DNA from: Planctomycetota bacterium
Lineage (GTDB): Bacteria > Planctomycetota > Planctomycetia > Planctomycetales > Planctomycetaceae
Length of the DNA: 64,000 nucleotides
Assembly: GCA_052034165.1 (NCBI GenBank)
Contig: JBPOIW010000061.1
Coordinates: 19,336 to 83,335 of the forward strand
Reading direction: 5' to 3'
Made by a program: the position numbers and the translations under genes. Within the stretch, counting starts at the first letter, position 1, and every line of letters begins with the position of its first letter. The notes beneath the pieces were generated by a model. That model was not told the DNA's origin and searched no databases. It saw nothing but the letters and a program-made list of their open reading frames with translations. Positions 19,023-26,078 of the stretch are shown piece by piece.

Positions 19023-19982
19023 CACATCTTCATCGACCATGAGATGGATTAATTGCTCAAACGTGACGGATCGTTTCCAGTTGAGTTGCTGAATCGCTTT
19101 GCCGGGGTTGCCCAGTAGTTCGTGCGCGTCGGCGGGGCGTTTGAAGCGGTCGTCGATTTTTACATGGTCCTGCCAGTTCAAGCCGACATGCGAAAAGGCG
19201 GTTTCCAGCAAGTCGCGAATGGTATGCGATTCACCAGTGGCCAGCACATAGTCATCTGCCCTGCTCTGCTGCAGCATCAGCCACATGGCGTGGACGTAGT
19301 CTTTGGCAAAACCCCAGTCGCGAGCTGAATCCAGATCGCCGAGACTGACGGTTTTCTGTAAACCGGCTTTTATCTTTGCGGCGGCGAGTGTGACTTTGCG
19401 AGTGACAAAGTTTTCGCCGCGCCGAGGACTTTCATGGTTGTAACATATTGCGTTGCAGAAAAAGAGACCATGCGCTTCGCGATAGATTTTTGTCATCTGT
19501 GTCGCAAATGCTTTGGCACAACCGTAAGGAGAGTTGGGATTGATCGGTGTTGTTTCGTCCTGTGGGCTCACGGTCGGCGTACCGAAGATTTCGCGGCTGC
19601 TGGCGTGCAGGAACTTTGGCGGGCTTGAGAGATCTCGCAGAATTTCCATGATCCGAAGACTTCCCATTGCCGTCAGATCACAAGTGCTTTCCGGAATATC
19701 AAAACTCAGACCCACATGGGACTGACCTGCCAGATGATAGAACTCGGTCGGTTGCACCTTATTGATGATCCGGCGAATCGTGGTCGTGTCGGACAGATCG
19801 GCGTAATGCAGGAACAGACGCTTTTCGTAGACTCCTGCGTCACCATAAAACTGGTTCAGCCGCGAACGTTCCAGCGTACTGCTGCGACGGACGATGCCGT
19901 GAACTTCGTAGCCTTTTTCCAGCAACAGCTCGGTGAGATACGATCCGTCCTGACCTGTGATGCCAGTGATGAGGGCGAGCAT
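18981..19982 (-). CDS. gmd: GDP-mannose 4,6-dehydratase (short type), paralog 1
   Basis: [35 protein letters not shown], ...SPYGCAKAFA... and [15 protein letters not shown]. The last 14 residues VRVGGRRWAVGDGR are encoded by word repeats. Confidence 0.9.
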   Translation of the reverse strand: MLALITGITGQDGSYLTELLLEKGYEVHGIVRRSSTLERSRLNQFYGDAGVYEKRLFLHYADLSDTTTIRRIINKVQPTEFYHLAGQSHVGLSFDIPESTCDLTAMGSLRIMEILRDLSSPPKFLHASSREIFGTPTVSPQDETTPINPNSPYGCAKAFATQMTKIYREAHGLFFCNAICYNHESPRRGENFVTRKVTLAAAKIKAGLQKTVSLGDLDSARDWGFAKDYVHAMWLMLQQSRADDYVLATGESHTIRDLLETAFSHVGLNWQDHVKIDDRFKRPADAHELLGNPGKAIQQLNWKRSVTFEQLIHLMVDEDVRVGGRRWAVGDGR

Positions 19983-20089
19983 GGGGATTTCAGTTGGCTT
20001 TGGGCTTTAGGCTTTAGGCTTTAGGCTTTAGGCATTGGGCATTGGGCGGTTGGGCGGTTGGCAGTGGGAACAAAAACAGGCGTTGGGTG
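19983..20089. repeat. word-repeat array, family A
   Basis: CAGTTGGCTTTGGGC, GGCTTTAGGC x4 (period 8), GGCATTGGGC x2, GGCGGTTGGGCGGTTGGCAGTGG and GGCGTTGGGTGTTAGGGG. Confidence 0.85.
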
Positions 20090-20452
20090 TTAGGGGTTTG
20101 GCTTTCTGGACCGAATCAGGGCTCCGAGACTGGCTCCGAGCGGCTCGGTGCGTCCCAACAGTCCAGCAAGCTGTTCGTCGGTTAGGTATCCGATCTCCTT
20201 TGCAATCTCAAGCTGCGTTTCCAACTCAGCAAGCGATCCCAAGGCAATTCGGAAAAAACGAATTGAATCTTTGTCGCTGGATCTTGCATCGCCTTCAGCA
20301 ATGTTCGATGGAACGCTTACTGCAGCTCGACGCACTTGATCACGAAGCCCCCAGTCTTTGTTCCAAGGATCCATCCCTGTCATCTGATATACCTGAACAG
20401 CCAATGACTTCGACTGCTGCCAGACCATCAGTTTTCGATAACCGATACCCAT
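20090..20452 (-). CDS. four-helix-bundle protein (23S rRNA IVS protein / Avd-like family)
   Basis: MGIGYRKLMVWQQSKSLAVQVY...VPSNIAEGDARSSDKDSIRFFRIALGSLAELETQ. Confidence 0.85.
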   Translation of the reverse strand: MGIGYRKLMVWQQSKSLAVQVYQMTGMDPWNKDWGLRDQVRRAAVSVPSNIAEGDARSSDKDSIRFFRIALGSLAELETQLEIAKEIGYLTDEQLAGLLGRTEPLGASLGALIRSRKPNP

Positions 20453-20560
20453 CGTCCGCTACTAATTGGCTAATTTCTATCGCCTGACGCCTAAAGCCAG
20501 CGGTGGGGATTGGGCGTTGGGCATTGGGTGGAATCGCAGGTAAAAAACAGGTGCTTGGTG
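20453..20560. repeat. word-repeat array where family A meets family B
   Basis: The inverted word CGCCTGACGCCTAAAGCC, then GGGATTGGGCGTTGGGCATTGGGTG, followed immediately by GAATCGCAGGTAAAAAACAGGTGCTTGGTGCTTG. Confidence 0.8.
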
Positions 20561-20836
20561 CTTGTCGATCCTGCTGTTGAACTGTGATAGCAAATGTTCA
20601 ATCGCTGACTCCTCACAACCGAATCCAATCAGCAAGGTGGCATCAACGTCGACCGTTTGACGTGGTTCGCCCCACCGCTGGACAGCGACACCGCCAATCA
20701 CACAATATGGAATCCTAAAAATCTCCAACTGTTGGCCAAGACTGACGGCTGCCTGCAGTATGTTGTTGAGACCAGTGTCGCGATCCGGCGTGCTGAATCC
20801 CGGTTCAGGTTCTACTCGCTTTCTACGTTTTGCCAC
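20477..20836 (-). pseudogene. nucleotidyltransferase-fold gene, 3'-truncated by word repeats
   Basis: NTase motif IPYCVIGGVAVQRWGEPRQTVDVDATLL. After ...SQFNSRID the ORF continues as KHQAPVFYLRFHPMPNAQSPPLALGVRR, which is simply a translation of the family B/A words. Confidence 0.55.
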
Positions 20837-21033
20837 TTCTTCATCCAGACCTGAAATTGCCTCAACCCAGAGTCCACTCTTGATTCAGTCGGTATTTCAA
20901 CACCAAGCCAAGTTGCCTTAAGTGTCGCCGTTTCGTCGCTGAGTCCCCGGAGCTCCTCGGCGCGGATGCGTTCAAGCTCAGGACCGGCTCGACGCCAGGC
21001 GGCCATCCATTTTTCTTCGAGTTCCGTGGGCAT
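20812..21033 (-). CDS. 73-aa hypothetical protein (paralog of 17429..17650)
   Basis: MPTELEEKWMAAWRRAGPELERIR..., ATG at 21031-21033. The longer track ORF to 21114 reads through repeats. Its 3' end overlaps the GTG start of 20477..20836. Confidence 0.6.
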   Translation of the reverse strand: MPTELEEKWMAAWRRAGPELERIRAEELRGLSDETATLKATWLGVEIPTESRVDSGLRQFQVWMKKWQNVESE

Positions 21034-21278
21034 ATGCTCGGTGCCTGGTCGAATCGCAAGGGAAATACACGTCGAATCGCAGGTGCTTAGTGCTTTGTGC
21101 TTGGTCGAAAACACAGTGAAAAAGCAGGTCAGAAACGCAGGTTGAAAACGCAGGTGCTTGGTGCTTGGCCAAAAATGCAGGTCGAGAAAACAGCTTAAAA
21201 CTCAGGTGCTTGGTTGAATCACAGGGTGAAAAACAGGCGCTTGGTTGAATCGCTGGTTCTGGGCAGATCTATGACAAG
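21034..21278. repeat. word-repeat array, family B
   Basis: GAATCGCAAGG, GAATCGCAGGTGCTTAGTGCTTTGTGCTTGGTC, GAAACGCAGGT, GAAAACGCAGGTGCTTGGTGCTTGG and CTCAGGTGCTTGGTTGAATC. Confidence 0.85.
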
Positions 21279-21923
21279 CTACTTCCGCTCTTTTTCCTGC
21301 TTTCGCTCGGCTTCAGCTTCGACCAACAGTTCAATGAACATCTGCTCATATTGAGAATGAACATTGCAAAGATGGTTGCGGATCTTTTCAATGGCAATTG
21401 GGCGCAGTGTCTTCAACACCTCAACCACATGCGCTCGATCCTTCTGCCGTCCGGAACTAATCTTCAGTTCCATCCAATACTCAATCGGGGCATAGTGAAG
21501 CCCGCTATCCAGCCCCATTTTTTTGGGACCCGGAATCACGGTAGGGGATGAGTCACGGGCCTTCCCGCCTTCCGGCACGACTTTGATTTCCACATCCTCG
21601 TGCGTCAGTGTGTGCCAGCCCAACTTTGATTCCCAGGCGACTTTCAGACCATAACGAGATGACGCTTCAATCAGAGACTGCAGGTTCCTGCGATCAATCG
21701 CAATGTCAATGTCCTGAGTGGCCGCCGGATAACCAAAATGAATGGCTCCCAAACCCCCGACAATCGCCAACGAAATGTGCTCCTTTTCAGCCAGACGCTG
21801 AAGATCCTCGAGTGCTCGTGTAAAGCGATTTTCTTCAGAGTTTATGTTCCGCACCGCATCTATACATTCAGAGCCTCGGCTAAGTGTTTCAAGAGCCGAC
21901 TTGATTGCAAAGGAAAGAGGCAT
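21279..21923 (-). CDS. nucleotidyltransferase-fold protein
   Basis: ISLAIVGGLGAIHFGYPAATQDIDIAI (G-G...D-x-D NTase motif) and C-terminal KISSGRQKDRAHVVEVL. The likely start is MPLSFAIK at 21923. Confidence 0.65.
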   Translation of the reverse strand: MPLSFAIKSALETLSRGSECIDAVRNINSEENRFTRALEDLQRLAEKEHISLAIVGGLGAIHFGYPAATQDIDIAIDRRNLQSLIEASSRYGLKVAWESKLGWHTLTHEDVEIKVVPEGGKARDSSPTVIPGPKKMGLDSGLHYAPIEYWMELKISSGRQKDRAHVVEVLKTLRPIAIEKIRNHLCNVHSQYEQMFIELLVEAEAERKQEKERK

Positions 21924-22169
21924 GTGCTTCGTGAAATCGCAGGGAAAAAGCAGGTTGAATCGCAGGTGCTTGGTGCTTGGTCCAAAAAAGCAGGTCAAAT
22001 CTCAAGTGTTTGGTGCTTGGTCGGAAACGCAGGTTGAATCACAAGTGCTTAGTGCTTGGTCAAGAAAACGGGTTAAATCGCAAGTCGATAAAACAGGTGC
22101 TTCGTGCTTGGTCAAAAAAAGCTGGCGACTGAGGACCAAGGACTAAGCACCAAGGACTAAGGACCGGGC
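21924..22169. repeat. word-repeat array, family B, ending in inverted words
   Basis: GAATCGCAGGTGCTTGGTGCTTGGTC-type words, then the inverted form GAGGACCAAGGACTAAGCACCAAGGACTAAGGACC (22128-22165). Confidence 0.85.
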
Positions 22170-22703
22170 TCAAATCCTGACAGGGAAGTCTGGACATAGA
22201 TTCGATTGAGTTGTCAAAACGTCCGGATGGTTTTTCGCATAGAATTCCATCCTGCCATCCTCACGACAATACCAGACTTCCTCCGCTCCGGCTTCAAAGT
22301 ACAGATGCTTCTTGCAGTCCATTTCAGCATCTGTATTGCTCGGCGAAATCACCTCAACACAAATCTCCGGGGCCGCTTCGAATGCGATTTGTCCTTTCAC
22401 TGAAGCAAATCGTTCTGAGGAGTACCATCCCACATCCGCAGCCCGCACACCGTCAAGTGTCGAAATGGGGCATTCCGGAAGCGCATGCCCCGCAAGGATA
22501 GATCGAAGCTGAAACGCAATTTCTCCCTGCAAACTACTGTGATGACCCGAAGGAGGAGGTGTCATTAGTAATGCGCCATAGCAGTTTGTTTCGACTCGAA
22601 ATGGCAGATCCGCCAGTGTTCGATCCGCCAGCACTTCCGCCCATCGCTGGCGATTTTGCCTCAGTGCCTCTTCTCGCGGAGGTAATTCGATAACAAGTTT
22701 CAT
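22170..22703 (-). CDS. Uma2 family endonuclease (DUF820)
   Basis: ...GALLMTPPPSGHHSSLQGEIAFQL...AADVGWYS...PEICVEVISPSNTDAEMDCKKHLYFEAGAEEVWY. Confidence 0.75.
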   Translation of the reverse strand: MKLVIELPPREEALRQNRQRWAEVLADRTLADLPFRVETNCYGALLMTPPPSGHHSSLQGEIAFQLRSILAGHALPECPISTLDGVRAADVGWYSSERFASVKGQIAFEAAPEICVEVISPSNTDAEMDCKKHLYFEAGAEEVWYCREDGRMEFYAKNHPDVLTTQSNLCPDFPVRI

Positions 22704-22941
22704 CAAACCATGCCTTGGGTGTTGGTGTGCTTCGCGGTGCTAGGTCAGAAACGCAGGTTGAATCGCAGGTCGAAAAAGCAGGTGCTTGGTGCTTGGTCGG
22801 AAACACAGTGAAAAAGCAGGTCAGAAACGCAGGTGCTTGGTTGAATCGCAAGGGAAACACAGGTCGAATCGCAGGTGCTTGGTGCGTGGTCGGAAACGCA
22901 GTGAAAAGCAGGTCAAATCGCAGGTGCTTGGGGACTAAGGA
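22704..22941. repeat. word-repeat array, family B, ending in inverted words
   Basis: GAAACGCAGGTTGAATCGCAGGTCGAAAAAGCAGGTGCTTGGTGCTTGGTC ... CAAATCGCAGGTGCTTGGGGACTAAGGACTAAGGAC. The 4HB stop codon lies inside the last word. Confidence 0.85.
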
Positions 22942-23310
22942 CTAAGGACTTCGCGATGCGAGATAGCGGATGAAGCCGCCGATCCTGGTGTGTGTTCTAG
23001 TGGCTTGTTCGTAGATGAGCTGAAACTGCTCGTCAGAGATGTAGTCCTGGTCAAGGGCCGCGTAGAGCTGACTTTTTACCTCGGCGCACGAACGCTGGGC
23101 GTATCGGAGGAACCGAATAAATTCTGCGTCACTTCCTCCGTCAAAACCTTCTGCAATATTGTGCATCGCTGAACCAGCCGCTCGTTGAATCTGATCCTTC
23201 AGGGCGAAGTCTCTGCTGAAATCCGGATTCTTCGTGGCCACATAAACCAAACGAGTCAATTCCCTTGCTAATTTCCAGCCTTCGATATCCTCGAATCGCT
23301 CGATTTTCAT
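22942..23310 (-). CDS. four-helix-bundle protein (23S rRNA IVS protein / Avd-like family)
   Basis: MKIERFEDIEGWKLARELTRLVY...AMHNIAEGFDGGSDAEFIRFLRYAQRSCAEVKSQ, ATG at 23308-23310. The track ORF to 23403 is an extension through repeats. Confidence 0.85.
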   Translation of the reverse strand: MKIERFEDIEGWKLARELTRLVYVATKNPDFSRDFALKDQIQRAAGSAMHNIAEGFDGGSDAEFIRFLRYAQRSCAEVKSQLYAALDQDYISDEQFQLIYEQATRTHTRIGGFIRYLASRSP

Positions 23311-23530
23311 AAACTCAAAGAAGCAGGTTGAAACACAGGTGCTTGGTCGGAAAACAGGTAAAAAAAGCAGGTGCTTAGTGCTTGGTGCTTGGTTGAATCG
23401 CAAGGGAACGGGTCAAAAAAAGCAGGTGCTTGGTGCTTGGTGGAAACGCAGATCGAGAAACCGGGGGCTTGGTGCTCGGTTGAATCGCCTTAAAAAACAA
23501 GGTGAAACGGAGGTTAAAAAAGCAGGGTGA
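23311..23530. repeat. word-repeat array, family B
   Basis: AAGCAGGTTGAAACACAGGTGCTTGGTCGG, AGCAGGTGCTTAGTGCTTGGTGCTTGGTTGAATCGCAAGG and AGCAGGTGCTTGGTGCTTGGTGGAAACGCAG, and so on. Confidence 0.85.
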
Positions 23531-23838
23531 ACGCAGATCTGGTCGGCGCGCACTTCGTTCTTCTGGGTGACAGGGACGAAGGCTGCACGCTGACGAACGT
23601 CTGAGCCACTATTGTTGGCAACCGCGATATGGCATTGTCAACAGTTTTCAGGTTCCATCAAATACTCCCAGAACCAGAAGAGTCAAACATTGTTCCGAAA
23701 CCTTCATGGAACCAATCGACGTTCAGGCAAACTGCGCCAGCTGGAGAGAACTTTGCAACCGCAGCCGTTCCAGTTTCAGGAATAATAACGATTGCGCAGC
23801 GTGCATCGCCGCACAGAGTGATGTGCTCCCGATCGCGG

Positions 23839-23920
23839 GCTCAGAAAAGGGGTCTGGAACCAATAGCCAAATGGCCCGAAGGGTGCTGCGCACTATTGGT
23901 TCCAGACCCGTTTTCTGAGC
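23839..23920. repeat. long palindromic hairpin (28-bp stem, 26-nt loop)
   Basis: GCTCAGAAAAGGGGTCTGGAACCAATAG (23839-23866) pairs with CTATTGGTTCCAGACCCGTTTTCTGAGC (23893-23920), with 1 mismatch in 28. Confidence 0.8.
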
Positions 23921-23926
23921 CTCTAG

Positions 23927-24335
23927 CTGGACAGCGCCATGTTCGGCTCCCTTACAAGCCCGAAGCGCTAGCGTGTGAACACTTTGCGACTCATTCCCTC
24001 GCTGGCGCTTTTTGAAGTTGCGTTATTCGACAACGGAGCAGATCAACAGGGCGAAAACGCAGGGAATTATCATAACCCGACGCGTCAGCGAGGGATTTTC
24101 CCGAACACTGCGTGAAACGCAAAAGCACGATCCCTCGCTAACGCAGCGGGTTGGGACAGTCGCAAATGCGCAACTTCAAAACGCGTCAGCGAGGAATTGA
24201 CGGAAACATTGATAAAACGCAAATGCTCTATCCCTCACTCACGTTTCGGGTTGGGATGGCGACAAATGCGCAACTTCAAAACTGGCGATTCGGGCTTGGA
24301 TTCTCAATGGTTTTCGTGAACATGGCGCTGTCCAG
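23927..24335. mobile_element. MITE family E1 copy A (TIR CTGGACAGCGCCATGT, CTAG target duplication), carrying a nested E2 insertion
   Basis: 16-bp perfect TIRs at 23927-23942 and 24320-24335, flanked by CTAG at 23923-23926 and 24336-39. The first ~85 nt and last ~55 nt match the reverse complement of copy B (49436-49564). Confidence 0.8.
24010..24281. mobile_element. MITE family E2 copy A (TIR TTTTGAAGTTGCG, 8-bp target duplication)
   Basis: TTTTGAAGTTGCG at 24010-24022 and GCGCAACTTCAAAA at 24268-24281, flanked by CTGGCGCT (24002-09) and CTGGCGAT (24282-89). The uninterrupted E1 copy has a single CTGGCGCT at this position. An internal ~100-nt unit is duplicated in tandem. Confidence 0.8.
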
Positions 24336-25310
24336 CTAGGCTTTCCGCTGCAAATCGGCATCGACCATCAATTTGATTAGCTCATCAAACTTCGTTGTGG
24401 GCTGCCAGTTGAGCTGCTGCCGAGCTTTCTCGGGATTGCCCAGCAATTCATGAGCATCTGCGGGGCGGTTAAATCGCTTGTCAACCTTCACATGGTCCTG
24501 CCAGTTCAAGCCAACATGCGAAAACGCGACTTGCAACAGTTCCCGAATCGTATGTGATTCGCCGGTGGCCAGCACATAATCATCCGCCTTGTCCTGCTGC
24601 AGCATCAGCCACATGGCGTGGACAAAATCTTTGGCATAACCCCAGTCACGGGCAGAATCCAAATCGCCGAGGCTGACGGTCTTCTGCAATCCGGCTTTAA
24701 TGCGCGCGGCGGCCAGTGTCACTTTGCGAGTCACAAAGTTTTCACCTCGCCGCGGGCTTTCATGGTTGTAACAGATCGCATTGCAGAAAAAGAGCCCGTG
24801 CGCTTCGCGATAAATCTTCGTCATCTGTGTGGCGAATGCCTTGGCACATCCGTACGGCGAATTCGGATTGATGGGGGTTGATTCATCCTGAGGGCTCACC
24901 ATCGGCGTCCCGAAGATCTCGCGACTGCTGGCATGCAGAAACTTCGGAGGACTCGGGAGATCTCGCAGGATTTCCATAATCCGGAGACTTCCCATCGCGG
25001 TCAGATCACAGGTACTTTCGGGGATCTCAAAACTAAGGCCCACGTGCGACTGACCCGCCAGATGATAAAACTCCGTGGGCTGCACTTTGTTGATAATGCG
25101 GCGGATGGTGGTCGTGTCTGAGAGATCCGCATAGTGCAGGAACAATTTCTTCTCATAGACGTTGTCGTCGCCATAGAACGCCTGCAGACGCGCTCGCTCC
25201 AGCGTACTACTGCGGCGCACGATGCCGTGAACTTCGTAGCCTTTTTCAAGCAGAAGTGCGGTCAGGTAGGAACCGTCCTGACCTGTGATTCCAGTGATGA
25301 GAGCGATCAT
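24336..25310 (-). CDS. gmd: GDP-mannose 4,6-dehydratase (short type), paralog 2
   Basis: [15 protein letters not shown] start (ATG 25308-25310; the track ORF to 25487 reads through repeats). About 35 substitutions versus paralog 1 over ~325 aligned residues by manual alignment. Confidence 0.9.
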   Translation of the reverse strand: MIALITGITGQDGSYLTALLLEKGYEVHGIVRRSSTLERARLQAFYGDDNVYEKKLFLHYADLSDTTTIRRIINKVQPTEFYHLAGQSHVGLSFEIPESTCDLTAMGSLRIMEILRDLPSPPKFLHASSREIFGTPMVSPQDESTPINPNSPYGCAKAFATQMTKIYREAHGLFFCNAICYNHESPRRGENFVTRKVTLAAARIKAGLQKTVSLGDLDSARDWGYAKDFVHAMWLMLQQDKADDYVLATGESHTIRELLQVAFSHVGLNWQDHVKVDKRFNRPADAHELLGNPEKARQQLNWQPTTKFDELIKLMVDADLQRKA

Positions 25311-25490
25311 AGGGAAAAGGCCTGTGCTTGGTTGAATCGCCGGTGCCTGGTGCTGGGTCAAATCGCAAGCAAATCTCAGGTGGTTCGTTGAACCAAGCAC
25401 CTGTTTTCGACCAAGAACCTGCGACTCAACCAAGCACCTGCGATTAGACGGGCGCTTAAACCAAGCACCTGCTGTTTCAACCTGCAACTA
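25311..25490. repeat. word-repeat array, family B (both orientations)
   Basis: CCTGTGCTTGGTTGAATCGC..., then inverted words AACCAAGCACCTG x3 and GACCAAGAACCTGCGACTC. It contains the left copy of a 68-bp direct repeat. Confidence 0.85.
25370..25437. repeat. 68-bp direct repeat, left copy
   Basis: CAAATCTCAGGTGGTTCGTTGAACCAAGCACCTGTTTTCGACCAAGAACCTGCGACTCAACCAAGCAC is identical to 26191-26258 except for one C/T difference. Confidence 0.85.
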
Positions 25491-26078
25491 CTATCCTTCT
25501 GGATCATCGATAAGTTGCTGCAGGCGCTCGGCGTGAAGGCGCGGAAGTTGGGACAACCAACTGGAATCGATTAAGCCGACACTGAGCATATCCAGCAAGT
25601 GCACCTGATCTTTGCGGCGAAATGAATTGAGCTTCATCTTTAGCAGTGCCAGCAAGTTGACCACATCATACTCATCCGCCGACTCCACTTCCGTGACGTC
25701 GGCTGAAGGCACCGCATATTCAGGCCGGACCTTCTCTGCGGCATATAGCAAATGCACGCCATCACGTGGGCTTCCGTCGGGGCCGTCGATGAAGCAATCG
25801 ACTCCCATCAGTTCATGATGGATAAACCCGACTGATTCGAGGGCCTGCTTCACTCGATCGAAATCAGTTCGCCGCACAAGTATGTCGACGTCCTGCGTGT
25901 TGCGCACAGCCGCCCGATCCACTCGAGCAACCCAAGCGGCCACCGCATTGCCTCCGGCCACCGCATAGGGTATCTGCGCGGCCTTCAGCGCCGCCGTCGC
26001 GCGCAAGGCTCGTTCACGGACGGCTTCCACAGCGTCAATCATCCTTTGCCACGAAAAAGGTTTTAGTTCAATGGCCAT
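25491..26078 (-). CDS. nucleotidyltransferase-fold protein
   Basis: IPYAVAGGNAVAAWVARVDRAAVRNTQDVDILV (NTase G-G...D-x-D) and C-terminal LKMKLNSFRRKDQVHLLDML, the same architecture as 21279..21923. Confidence 0.7.
   Translation of the reverse strand: MAIELKPFSWQRMIDAVEAVRERALRATAALKAAQIPYAVAGGNAVAAWVARVDRAAVRNTQDVDILVRRTDFDRVKQALESVGFIHHELMGVDCFIDGPDGSPRDGVHLLYAAEKVRPEYAVPSADVTEVESADEYDVVNLLALLKMKLNSFRRKDQVHLLDMLSVGLIDSSWLSQLPRLHAERLQQLIDDPEG

Noticed and set aside
22128-22950. AAGGAC repeats (GGACCAAGGACTAAGCACCAAGGACTAAGGAC; GGACTAAGGACTAAGGAC) as a CsrA/RsmA-titrating sRNA
   Set aside because: The GGA motifs are on the plus strand, antisense to all local genes. They are simply the inverted form of the GCTTGGTGCTTAG words and are not presented in hairpin loops. 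There is no supporting evidence.
15081-23310. Diversity-generating retroelement, because the four-helix-bundle proteins belong to the Avd family
   Set aside because: The window has no reverse transcriptase gene. I could not see any template/variable repeat pair with adenine-specific mismatches. Stand-alone members of this family are common.
23629-24339. ORFs lying entirely in repeat DNA (23629..24015, 24012..24200, 24151..24339, 50863..51111, 50973..51164, 51146..51373, 30291..30533, 26082..26447, 22715..22945, 23339..23530)
   Set aside because: They run through MITEs, hairpins or word arrays. Similar peptides arise on both strands wherever the repeats occur, and none has a recognisable fold or start context.
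24336-25487. N-terminally extended ORFs in the track (24336..25487, 22942..23403, 21279..21998, 20812..21114, 26498..27577, 39892..41814, 51260..52330)
   Set aside because: For 24336..25487, 22942..23403, 21279..21998 and 20812..21114 the extra N-terminal residues (for example QAPSTKHLRFNLLF, KHQAPAFSTC) are literal translations of the family B word repeats; for 26498..27577, 39892..41814 and 51260..52330 they are unconserved upstream sequence (one with a non-ATG start). Conserved protein starts (MIALITG, MKIERFED and so on) lie at internal ATGs.
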